The notes beneath the pieces are model-generated. The model had not been told where the DNA came from and made no database searches. It was given only the letters and a program-made list of their open reading frames with translations. A stretch of 32,471 bases of DNA from a virus. Lineage: Duplodnaviria > Caudoviricetes. Location of the stretch: IMG/VR virus record IMGVR_UViG_3300030392_000779, positions 1 through 32,471 of that record; one strand, given 5' to 3'. This document shows, piece by piece, positions 25,044 through 32,471 of this stretch (position 1 is the stretch's first letter; every line of letters begins with the position of its first letter). Position numbers and translations under genes: made by a program.

Positions 25044-26186
25044 TCATACATGCACCAAATCTAACGCTTCAAGCAATGCACGGGCTTTGATATTTTGTGG
25101 GCCTCCATACAGTGAGACGTCAAGCTGATGGTCGCGTGACTTAGGTTGCCTTACTGGATTATGGTCAATAATATTAGTTACTGTCTGAAAAGCACCCCAA
25201 GCGGTGATACGATTAGTATCAGCCCTAGCACTCGATAGGGAATTACCAGCATTAAATATAAACGATGAATGAGCAGACTTTGGGAAGGTAGGTCTACGGA
25301 TTGAGGTCCACTGGTTAAATTCGTCCGGCAAGGTTATTTCAGTTGAAGCGTTAGAGGTCGCCTCAGACATTTTTGCTTTTAACTCTTCCAATGTTTCCTT
25401 AAATTCACTTGAACATGTGGAAGGCATATCATAACCCCTAGCAAGAGCAATCGCCTTATTGACTGCTTTTGATTGATGAACACGACCCCTCTTGTCGGTT
25501 TTTAATTTACCACCAAAGACATGCTGAAAGTAGTCCAACTCTTCCGCACCACTCAGAACACGTCTAGCCATTGCCTTTGCATCCTGTTCGAAATTAACGA
25601 AAGCGTTGTGGAACAGATCCAATGCTGTATACATAATTTCTGGGTCAAACACCACCTTATGGTTGTGCTTAACAATATCGCTTGCCGACTGTTGCGCCAA
25701 TGTCCAAGTGTTATTGCACACGACACGGACCGGACTGAACATGACACTATTCGCACAGCGTCCAGTGTGGTCCAGAGTAAATACGCAATTGCTGATAACC
25801 GTATCATTGCCGTCTAGTGTAAAGCCTTCTAACGGCGAAGCCATAACCCAAACTTTGCGACCATCAAACAGACTTCCGCAAGTATGAATATACAGCTTGC
25901 CCGATCCAATAAAAGGCTCGAAGAAATCAAACAGCGCGGTATTTTGTAAAGGAAGGTAACGCTCAGTAACACATCTGCCTAAAACTCTCCCGTCGTCGCG
26001 TTCAATAAAGAAGCTACCTTCAATCTCGGTCCCATCAGCCTTGCAATTAGGTTCAAGCCTCACTTCCCAATCAAGCTGGGCCTTAGTTTGTATTTCTCGA
26101 ATGGGCATATTTTGGTCTATTTCTATTCCCAAGCCATGCCACGGAAGTTCACCCACAAAAGCCATAGTCTCCACAGCGTGTACCAT
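25044..26186 (-). CDS. DUF932 / TIGR03299-type phage/plasmid protein
   Basis: 'HAVETMAF.GELPWHGLG', 'GSLFDGRKVWV', 'PVRVVCNNT', 'TAWGAFQTVT..IDH'. Start ATG 26186 with SD GAGGAGG. Confidence 0.85.
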   Translation of the reverse strand: MVHAVETMAFVGELPWHGLGIEIDQNMPIREIQTKAQLDWEVRLEPNCKADGTEIEGSFFIERDDGRVLGRCVTERYLPLQNTALFDFFEPFIGSGKLYIHTCGSLFDGRKVWVMASPLEGFTLDGNDTVISNCVFTLDHTGRCANSVMFSPVRVVCNNTWTLAQQSASDIVKHNHKVVFDPEIMYTALDLFHNAFVNFEQDAKAMARRVLSGAEELDYFQHVFGGKLKTDKRGRVHQSKAVNKAIALARGYDMPSTCSSEFKETLEELKAKMSEATSNASTEITLPDEFNQWTSIRRPTFPKSAHSSFIFNAGNSLSSARADTNRITAWGAFQTVTNIIDHNPVRQPKSRDHQLDVSLYGGPQNIKARALLEALDLVHV

Positions 26187-26188
26187 TT

Positions 26189-26470
26189 TTAACCCTCCTC
26201 TAATATTGGCCAATAAATTGTAGTCGTACCCTTCGTTTTTATTTTTGATATTCTATGAACATTAACCGCTCTATAACCCTTATTTTTAACATCATAGACG
26301 CAAAGATATTTACCAGTAATATCGTTTGTTGTGCCGCTTTTAGTGTGTTTTGTAACACCTAGACGGCCATTCAAGGCTCTGATGCTGCCGTCTTTTTTAT
26401 AAAATGTGACGGTAAAAAAGTTATTGCCAACAAGAGTTGCAATACAAGACGCACGGTAGTTTATTGGCAT
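26189..26470 (-). CDS. Small SH3/WYL-like beta-barrel phage protein
   Basis: 'FFTVTFYKKDGSIR.LNGRLGV...VYDVKNKGYR.VN'. Start ATG 26470 with SD GAGGGA. Confidence 0.7.
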   Translation of the reverse strand: MPINYRASCIATLVGNNFFTVTFYKKDGSIRALNGRLGVTKHTKSGTTNDITGKYLCVYDVKNKGYRAVNVHRISKIKTKGTTTIYWPILEEG

Positions 26471-26613
26471 TATTAAAAATCCCTCTTGGTGATGATATCT
26501 AGATCGGAAAACTCCGCGTTGCATTTATCACACAACGGCCACCCAAGAATGGGAGGTTCATCTAGTCGAAAGATTTCTCGGCAATTTGAACATTCATACA
26601 TATTTTTAAACCC

Positions 26614-27255
26614 CTATTTTTTTACATGCTCAACAATAACAGTCAAGCCGTCGTGCTTGTAGCAATTTAAACAATCCTTACATTTTTGACCAGTGCAAGG
26701 CATGAAATCGCCCGTTGCTTCAGTAGATTCGACATTGTTAAAAATCTTGTCGAAGAACTTATTAGGAACTTCAGACACAACGTTGTCAATTATTGGGTTA
26801 GAATACACTAGAATAAAATTAAGAGGCTTGACCGCTTCCAAGTCCCCAAAAACTTCATTAACTAGGTCTATTCTCTTAGTCCACAAAGCAAAATTGCAAT
26901 GCGGATTTACTTCCGCTATTCGCAGGTAGTTTATTAGGTTATTTGTATTGATTAACTCCCCGTGAGCATCAAAACGAAAGAATGCGGAATTAATAAAAGG
27001 CAATTCTGTCAATGGTTCGGATAACAAGGCGCTATTCCTTTGAAGGGCTGGAACCGAATTTTTCCTAAACCCGGTCAACGAGTTCTGACTATAGCACCAA
27101 GTGCAAATGATCTTTTTATTTTTACTCCGATACATTCTATTGCAAAAATCATTCGACGTCGTATCAGTACTGATGGCCTTAAAATCCTCCAGCTTTCCAG
27201 TGAGAGTGGAGACGTGGATCTTTTGATGTTGTGTAATAAGCATACTATAGAGCAT
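26614..27255 (-). CDS. Gp88-like Cys-rich (radical-SAM-related) phage protein
   Basis: 'FC...ICTWCYS', 'FRFDAHGEL', 'FALWTKR', C-terminal 'CTGQKCKDCLNCY'. Start may be ATG 27243. Confidence 0.65.
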   Translation of the reverse strand: MLYSMLITQHQKIHVSTLTGKLEDFKAISTDTTSNDFCNRMYRSKNKKIICTWCYSQNSLTGFRKNSVPALQRNSALLSEPLTELPFINSAFFRFDAHGELINTNNLINYLRIAEVNPHCNFALWTKRIDLVNEVFGDLEAVKPLNFILVYSNPIIDNVVSEVPNKFFDKIFNNVESTEATGDFMPCTGQKCKDCLNCYKHDGLTVIVEHVKK

Positions 27256-27273
27256 CCTTAATTGTGTACTTAC

Positions 27274-27302
27274 ATTTTACACTAAAATTTTTATGTTGTC
27301 AA
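27274..27302 (-). promoter_or_regulatory. sigma70-type promoter upstream of the Gp88-like gene
   Basis: TTGACA (27302-27297), 17 bp, TAAAAT (27279-27274). Confidence 0.7.
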
Positions 27303-27523
27303 GCTTATTTTTAGAACCACAGCAAAAACTATAGAATTAATGAGACAAGAATGGAAAGAGCAAGGATCGCGCCATTGGTGGCTAAGGTGAGCATGAGTAT
27401 TTCAAGGGAACATTTCAATTAAACCTTTCGTTGACAAAATTTAGGTTGACAAAATATAAATCTTAAAGTCCTCGATGACCATAGTTAAGGGAATAGAGTT
27501 CTAATTCCAGTTGTTCCATGTAT

Positions 27524-27757
27524 TTATTGCTCCTCCTTGATTTCAAACTGTTCAATAATTGTATTTGCAAGCAACTTATTACACAGTGCATTGATATTAA
27601 AATCATCCTTGCATTCTATTTCAAACCACTTTCCCATACTTAGAGATATTAATTGTCCATCTCCAAGTTCTGGGTTTCTATTTGCTGTTTGAAATATGGA
27701 TTCTGATTCTATATCTTTTACACCATCACGTAATCTAATTTCAACCCTGTATTTCAT
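27524..27757 (-). CDS. purS: Phosphoribosylformylglycinamidine synthase subunit PurS
   Basis: 77 aa. 'V.IRLRDGVKD', 'GKWFEI', 'LCNKLLANTIIEQF' match the PurS pattern (L..GV.D...GK.FE...C.KLLAN.VIE.Y). SD AGGA. Confidence 0.8.
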   Translation of the reverse strand: MKYRVEIRLRDGVKDIESESIFQTANRNPELGDGQLISLSMGKWFEIECKDDFNINALCNKLLANTIIEQFEIKEEQ

Positions 27758-27936
27758 TTATCCTCCCTTACTTCTTTATGAAAGATAAGTTTTGACATAA
27801 CTCTGTAGTTACATTTGTTACACGTAAATTTAGCCGAATTGTCTTTGACAAAAGTTATGTCCCGTACCTTCATGGTTGGAAAGTACTGTTGACAAAATCT
27901 ACAATGAAGAAAGAAGGATTCTTCAGGACTAGTCAT
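27754..27936 (-). CDS. Small zinc-ribbon protein
   Basis: 60 aa with CRFC...CNKC. ATGA overlap with purS. Confidence 0.6.
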   Translation of the reverse strand: MTSPEESFFLHCRFCQQYFPTMKVRDITFVKDNSAKFTCNKCNYRVMSKLIFHKEVREDK

Positions 27937-28078
27937 TTCTCTCTAATTCCTTTACTCTGTCTTTAAGTTTCTTAAATTCCCAAGTCTTCGCTGTCTCAGC
28001 CATGAACCCTACTACAACTGTGTGAATGCATCCTGTACACAGTATAAGGATTACACAGCATACAAAAATTCTACTCAT
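27929..28078 (-). CDS. Small membrane/lipoprotein-like protein
   Basis: 49 aa: MSRIFVCCVILILCTGCIHTVVVGF...; overlaps both neighbours. Confidence 0.45.
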   Translation of the reverse strand: MSRIFVCCVILILCTGCIHTVVVGFMAETAKTWEFKKLKDRVKELERND

Positions 28079-28286
28079 CATCTGGTTTAGTTAACTTAAA
28101 TAGAACATAAGGATGAAACTCCCCAGATTGAAGAAGAAGAGATGGAGACTCCTCCTGTGTCCAGTCTGTTGCACCTGTATACTCCCACGTATACCCTTTA
28201 CCCTGTTGCTCTTCAACTTTCTCTTGATACTCTGGACTTCCAATACTAAGTGTGCCTACTAAAAATGCTATTATGTCCGTCATCAT
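28071..28286 (-). CDS. Hypothetical protein
   Basis: 71 aa, translationally coupled, SD AAGGAG. Confidence 0.6.
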   Translation of the reverse strand: MMTDIIAFLVGTLSIGSPEYQEKVEEQQGKGYTWEYTGATDWTQEESPSLLLQSGEFHPYVLFKLTKPDDE

Positions 28287-28492
28287 TCTTCTATCTCCTT
28301 TGCAACAATTTGACCATACACCTTATCGTATATAGTGAAGCTTGATTTATGTACTCGTTCCACTTTGCTTCCTTCCGGATACTCTGTTGTCTTCTTGGTG
28401 TGTTTGTTATATTGTGTTCCATGTGTGACATTAACTGTATTGTAGGTGTGAAGAAGATGTGTTACCGGATTAATTGGATTTACTTTTTCCAC
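28283..28492 (-). CDS. Hypothetical protein
   Basis: 69 aa, in a tightly packed run of small genes. Confidence 0.5.
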   Translation of the reverse strand: MEKVNPINPVTHLLHTYNTVNVTHGTQYNKHTKKTTEYPEGSKVERVHKSSFTIYDKVYGQIVAKEIEE

Positions 28493-28677
28493 GGTGTTCC
28501 ATCCTCTTCATCCCCACCCACATTCTCAAAGCATCCTATCGAGAGAGAAACGTAACCCTCCTCATCTTTTATCCACATCCCATCTAGTTCATTTTCTTCT
28601 ATGAACTGTGAGAGCATAGAAGAGACTTTCTCCCGTGAAGGGTATAAGTACCTCTTTAAAACGATAATTTGTTCCAT
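28480..28677 (-). CDS. Hypothetical protein
   Basis: 65 aa, SD AAAGGA. Confidence 0.55.
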   Translation of the reverse strand: MEQIIVLKRYLYPSREKVSSMLSQFIEENELDGMWIKDEEGYVSLSIGCFENVGGDEEDGTPWKK

Positions 28678-28799
28678 TAACTTCTAGTCCTTTCTTAGTT
28701 TTTTAATAAGCTTGGTTACTAACCATATCGAGAGTGCTATACCTCCTAGTATGCTACCCATGATACCAAAGAACACAATAAATGAAAGTATCAGTTCTA

Positions 28800-28997
28800 T
28801 CAATTTAACTCCTTTTTAACAACAATTGGGTTAAGGATTGTGCCTTCTAACAGCATCCTCTTCACTGCAACAGTATTGCAGAACCTTTGGAGACGCTCAG
28901 TTAAATGTGAAAGAGTAATCTCATTCGCATCAGCGGCTTCCCACATTGCTTCTGATTCAAAGTCTATGGTTATGGATATGTGATTTTCTTCAGACAT
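28800..28997 (-). CDS. Hypothetical protein
   Basis: 65 aa, SD AAAGGA. Confidence 0.55.
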   Translation of the reverse strand: MSEENHISITIDFESEAMWEAADANEITLSHLTERLQRFCNTVAVKRMLLEGTILNPIVVKKELN

Positions 28998-29181
28998 TAA
29001 ACTAGGGTTCCTTTGGAATAAAGAAATATTTACTTTGTACAGTGTTTATGTGATCCTGTAGATTGGATGCATACTTACTGCATTTCTGTAGATCGTTACT
29101 TATTGAGACAATAATGTATGTGCCAACCACAGAAAGAAGCAGTATACAGCAAGCCATAAATTTATTCACTGGGCATGTCCC

Positions 29182-29370
29182 TCATGTCGTTTGGTCTTCT
29201 GGCAGAACATCCACTACCACCCAGACATCATTATCCTCCTTCCATGCGGAAGGGCTTGGATCAATGGGATAAAAATCACTGGCGGGAAATTTTTCCCACA
29301 CATTGTACAAACCATCAGAACGTTGTCTATACTCCCTTTTAAGGGGATCTTTTCTTTTCCTACGCATCAC
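29182..29370 (-). CDS. Hypothetical protein
   Basis: 62 aa, basic N-terminus, Trp-rich. Confidence 0.5.
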   Translation of the reverse strand: MMRRKRKDPLKREYRQRSDGLYNVWEKFPASDFYPIDPSPSAWKEDNDVWVVVDVLPEDQTT

Positions 29371-29515
29371 TCAACCTATCCTTCCAAAATTTCTTACAGT
29401 CTTCCATATGGTCTGGATCGTACCCGTTATCACGCATCTCAGCTCTAACTTGAGATTCTAGATAACAGTATAGCACGGTTTTAGGGTTCTTGTCAAGAAT
29501 TAATTTGCTCTTCAT
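29360..29515 (-). CDS. Small hypothetical protein spanning the leftward promoter
   Basis: 51 aa: MKSKLILDKNPKTVLYCYLESQVRAEMRDNGYDPDHMEDCKKFWKDRLSDA. Strong SD AAGGAG. Confidence 0.5.
   Translation of the reverse strand: MKSKLILDKNPKTVLYCYLESQVRAEMRDNGYDPDHMEDCKKFWKDRLSDA
29467..29496 (-). promoter_or_regulatory. Leftward sigma70-type promoter for the early cluster
   Basis: TTGACA, 18 bp, TATACT with extended -10 TG. Confidence 0.7.
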
Positions 29516-29565
29516 AGATAAATCTCCTTTTTTCAGGTTTTATGATCCTCTGCGTAAAAAAGAAC

Positions 29566-29595
29566 TTGACAGATACTCTAAAATCATGGTATACT
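29566..29595 (+). promoter_or_regulatory. Rightward sigma70-type promoter for DNA-metabolism genes
   Basis: TTGACA, 18 bp, TATACT with extended -10 TG, at the strand switch. Confidence 0.75.
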
Positions 29596-29644
29596 GTTAT
29601 CTGTACAATGGATATAGACACACAAATAAGAGAAAGTAAGAAAA

Positions 29645-29836
29645 ATGGGTTATCATAGAATCCAAAAAGATCTAGAGCGCCGAATGAAACAGAAACGTAG
29701 GGATATAACAGCTTCCAGTCTAAGTGACCCTATGTTTAAAAAGCGTGTTGTAGAATCTGAGAAAGAAAAACATAAACGCAGAAAATTGACAAAACAAGAC
29801 ATTGAGAACAGAGTATATCATGAGTATGAAAAGTGA
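29645..29836 (+). CDS. Small basic protein, ArfA-like motif
   Basis: 63 aa. 'LSDPMFKKRVVESEKEK' resembles ArfA 'LHDPLFRQRVEKNKKGK'. Confidence 0.5.
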   Translation: MGYHRIQKDLERRMKQKRRDITASSLSDPMFKKRVVESEKEKHKRRKLTKQDIENRVYHEYEK

Positions 29837-30164
29837 TCCTTTGCATCCTGACAAAGTTAAAAAATGGATAAAAACACAGCAACGTCTTGCTTCTGAGGAA
29901 AAGAGAAACGAGAGGCTTGGTGTTAAGGGATCTACACAGCGTAGAAACTTTCATGAAGCCTACATACGCAGTATGAATAAATATCTTCGAGACGGTATGT
30001 GGGTAGATCTTCTGTACGGAGAGCATCAGGAGAATATAATGCGTTATCGATGTGTTACTCTTGCGTATGATAACAAGGGTAATCCTAAACGGAATGTAGG
30101 AACATTCTATCCGGATGTGCCTTGTATCTACACTAGAGAGATGTTTGTTGTGGACAAACAGTAA
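29820..30164 (+). CDS. Conserved hypothetical phage protein
   Basis: 'PLHPDKVKKWIKTQ...YIRSMNKYLRDG.WVDL.YGE...PKR.VG.FYPD'. Start likely ATG 29820. Confidence 0.65.
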   Translation: MSMKSDPLHPDKVKKWIKTQQRLASEEKRNERLGVKGSTQRRNFHEAYIRSMNKYLRDGMWVDLLYGEHQENIMRYRCVTLAYDNKGNPKRNVGTFYPDVPCIYTREMFVVDKQ

Positions 30165-30186
30165 CCCAAACTTAGGAGAAACACTA

Positions 30187-30450
30187 ATGAGTAATATATT
30201 TTCTCATAAATTAAGCTCTATTGCAAGTTTCATTGAGAAAGGAAACGAAGAAGCTGATTATAAATTACATATAATTATAAATGAAAAAAATACTACCAAG
30301 ACAGAAGTCGTAAAGTTCGATTCAGAGATCGGAGCTAGAGCCTATCAAATGTTTGCACATAATTTTGATAAAACTATTGAATACAAAAATAAAACTGAAG
30401 AGTATCGGGACAGTGGATTTACGGATGATTTTGGAGTACACATGGAATGA
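30187..30450 (+). CDS. Hypothetical protein
   Basis: ATG 30187 with SD AGGAG. ATGA overlap with thyX. Confidence 0.6.
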   Translation: MSNIFSHKLSSIASFIEKGNEEADYKLHIIINEKNTTKTEVVKFDSEIGARAYQMFAHNFDKTIEYKNKTEEYRDSGFTDDFGVHME

Positions 30451-31100
30451 AGGTTTCTGTAGAAAATTATATGGGTACGGACCTTACAGTAGTCAACTCT
30501 GCACGAGTATCTTTTGATAAAAAATCTGATACCCTGACACCAAAAGATAAGAAGTTAATTAGATACCTTGCTGAGAATGGGCATTGGACCCCATTTGGAC
30601 ACTGTTTCATTCAATTCAGGATCAAAGCTCCTATTTTTGTGTCTAGACAGCTAGTAAAGCATCAGGTAGGCTTGGTGTGGAATGAAGTCAGCAGAAGATA
30701 CGTGGATTCTATACCGGAGTTTTTCTATCCCTCTGAATGGAGAGGCAGACCTGCTGACAAGAAGCAAGGAAGTTCCGATAAAATTGTAGAAATAAATCCA
30801 TCCGGAAGAGCGGGTCCAGCTATGGTTGATGACTATCATCACGCTATGCAAAAATGTTTGTGGACCTACAACCAACTTCTCAGAAGGGGTGTCTCACCTG
30901 AAATGGCTAGGATGGTTCTTCCTCAAAGTACGTACACTGAGTGGTACTGGAGCGGTTCTATGTTTGCCTTCAGCAGAGTATGTAATCTACGATGTAAAGA
31001 AGATGCACAGCAAGAGACAAGAGAGATAGCATTGCAGATTGATGAGGAGTGTTCAAGACTATTTCCTGTATCTTGGACGGCTTTAAGAAAAGGTGAATAA
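30447..31100 (+). CDS. thyX: FAD-dependent thymidylate synthase
   Basis: 'VNSARVSF', 'HWTPFGH', 'APIFVSRQLVKHQ...NEVSRRY', 'EMARMVLP', 'AQQETR'. Confidence 0.95.
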   Translation: MKVSVENYMGTDLTVVNSARVSFDKKSDTLTPKDKKLIRYLAENGHWTPFGHCFIQFRIKAPIFVSRQLVKHQVGLVWNEVSRRYVDSIPEFFYPSEWRGRPADKKQGSSDKIVEINPSGRAGPAMVDDYHHAMQKCLWTYNQLLRRGVSPEMARMVLPQSTYTEWYWSGSMFAFSRVCNLRCKEDAQQETREIALQIDEECSRLFPVSWTALRKGE

Positions 31101-31102
31101 GG

Positions 31103-31312
31103 ATGGAAATAACTTTAAATGATAGAGAACTGAAGTTGTTGAAAGCATATATGGGTCATCATGGATGGTCAGACTTATTGGTAACGTATCCCAATCGTGA
31201 TAATCTATGTAATAAGGATTCTCCTTCTGTAAAATTATATGGCGGTCTACGACCAAAATTCAGGATGACAGCCAATGAGATTGAAACATTCCGTAAAAAA
31301 GTAGATGTATAA
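31103..31312 (+). CDS. Hypothetical protein
   Basis: 69 aa, starts immediately after the thyX stop. Confidence 0.55.
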   Translation: MEITLNDRELKLLKAYMGHHGWSDLLVTYPNRDNLCNKDSPSVKLYGGLRPKFRMTANEIETFRKKVDV

Positions 31313-31418
31313 TGACACAACATAAAATACCACGGTATCTTGGAAGTACACCTAAACAGCCGCAAAGCATTATTGAGTATTTTAAAAACATTATTAAAAG
31401 AATAAGGAAATTACTTTT

Positions 31419-31601
31419 ATGAAAGAGGATTCAGGAGACAATCTAGAGGCAGAACTTTCCCTGCTCTTAGGAAAAGTACGGATTATTATGGAGAAAAGAA
31501 AGAAGAAGGTAGAAGATCTTAAGAGAGAAATAGAATATATAGAAAAAGCCAATGAAACATTGGAAACTTCTATTAGTCAAATGCTGAAGGACTTTGAATA
31601 A
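31419..31601 (+). CDS. Small coiled-coil protein
   Basis: 60 aa, heptad pattern, SD AAGGA, TAATG coupling to the next gene. Confidence 0.6.
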   Translation: MKEDSGDNLEAELSLLLGKVRIIMEKRKKKVEDLKREIEYIEKANETLETSISQMLKDFE

Positions 31602-32134
31602 TGAAAAGAATGCCTGTACCGAAGAACGTATTGACAGTAGCAATTGGCAAAGCTAAAGAACTTGGTGTATTAAAACATTCCATTTCGAAGGGTAAAGGGA
31701 ATGTGTACGGATTTGTGGGAGAGGAGTGTACGTACTCACATCTGTTACAGAAATTCGTGGACATAAAAAAAGAAAGGACGTATGACTATGATCTTCTGCT
31801 TAACAACAAATTGAGAATTGATGTTAAAACCAAAACAACATCTGCTATCCCTAAACCGGAGTACGACTGTTCTGTAGCTTCGTACAACCCGAAACAGAAG
31901 TGTGATGCATATATGTTTTGCAGAGTACATCTAGACCTAAAGACAGCGTGGATACTAGGGTGGCTGACAAAAGATGAGTTCTTTAATAAGGCTGAATATT
32001 GGGAGAAAGGAAGAATTGATCCAACAAACGGATACACGGTTAAAGCTGACTGCTATAATGTGAAAATAGGTGAACTTAATCCAATTGAGGAGTTAACAAA
32101 CTATGGAAGAACAGCTAGAGTTGTCTCTCGATAA
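31601..32134 (+). CDS. PD-(D/E)xK nuclease-fold protein
   Basis: 'GFVGE...YDYDL....RIDVKTK...CDAYMFCRV...WILGW' follows the E...D...DxK order. Confidence 0.7.
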   Translation: MKRMPVPKNVLTVAIGKAKELGVLKHSISKGKGNVYGFVGEECTYSHLLQKFVDIKKERTYDYDLLLNNKLRIDVKTKTTSAIPKPEYDCSVASYNPKQKCDAYMFCRVHLDLKTAWILGWLTKDEFFNKAEYWEKGRIDPTNGYTVKADCYNVKIGELNPIEELTNYGRTARVVSR

Positions 32135-32405
32135 GAATACAGGACTACAGCCAATGAGAAAAGTTGAATATCGGAGCTTCAAGTACATGGGTGAAATGTA
32201 CATTGAGGATGACGGTCACAACAAGAAGATACAACATTCTCTTATGTGTCCTGACGGAGAAATAGCTCCATTCCCTTACAGCCCTTATGCCTACCCAGCA
32301 CAAAAAGATGTTGAGGCTGTAATTAATGATATGATAGCTATAAGAGTCCTTGTGCCATCACTAAAGAGGTGGAGTGTACTGATTAATGAACACATACATA
32401 ATTGA
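32103..32405 (+). CDS. Hypothetical protein
   Basis: 100 aa, SD GAGGAG. Confidence 0.6.
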   Translation: MEEQLELSLDKNTGLQPMRKVEYRSFKYMGEMYIEDDGHNKKIQHSLMCPDGEIAPFPYSPYAYPAQKDVEAVINDMIAIRVLVPSLKRWSVLINEHIHN

Positions 32406-32471
32406 CATTGAGGCAGATAGCCTGACGCCGTCTGTTATATGGGTTGTGGGCTTGCAACAAGTAGGTAAAGA
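32386..32471 (+). CDS. Probable family A DNA polymerase (3'-5' exonuclease N-terminus), truncated
   Basis: MNTYIIDIEADSLTPSVIWVV... has ExoI 'DIE.D.L....IW' as in T7-like polymerases. SD GAGGTGGAG. Only 28 codons are visible. Confidence 0.6.
   Translation, partial: MNTYIIDIEADSLTPSVIWVVGLQQVGK

Noticed and set aside
31601-32134. Restriction-modification system
   Set aside because: No methyltransferase is adjacent. Stand-alone PD-(D/E)xK proteins are common in phage replication modules.
1-32471. tRNA genes or stop-codon reassignment
   Set aside because: No cloverleaf was recognised by eye (tRNAscan-SE not run). Known genes are intact under code 11 and all three stop codons are used.

Overview
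This window is about 32 kb of a tailed dsDNA bacteriophage with podovirus-like architecture. Gene content resembles marine SIO1/HMO-2011-like phages; that placement and an alphaproteobacterial host are inferences. Positions 1-23.3 kb form one minus-strand late/morphogenesis operon. In transcription order it runs: Hsp20, a secreted protein, an unannotated 23-aa metallothionein-like peptide, small basic 'xxGGxV' proteins, TerS, an NfuA/NifU-C Fe-S carrier, TerL, a 784-aa tyrosine-recombinase-fold protein, portal (with a second gene overprinted on its 3' end), a Hint-domain protein, two murein hydrolases, scaffold, major capsid, decoration, tail adaptor/nozzle and two fibre/lectin proteins. Positions 23.4-24.1 kb are non-coding: a 116-bp inverted repeat made of two back-to-back perfect sigma70 promoters, 36-bp tandem repeats and hairpins, possibly the genome end or origin. 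Positions 24.1-29.5 kb hold minus-strand early/accessory genes (DUF932, Gp88-like, purS, many small ORFs). A second inverted promoter pair at about 29.5 kb switches to plus-strand DNA-metabolism genes (ArfA-like peptide, thyX, a PD-(D/E)xK nuclease, the start of a family A DNA polymerase). All family calls come from motif recognition by eye; no searches were run.
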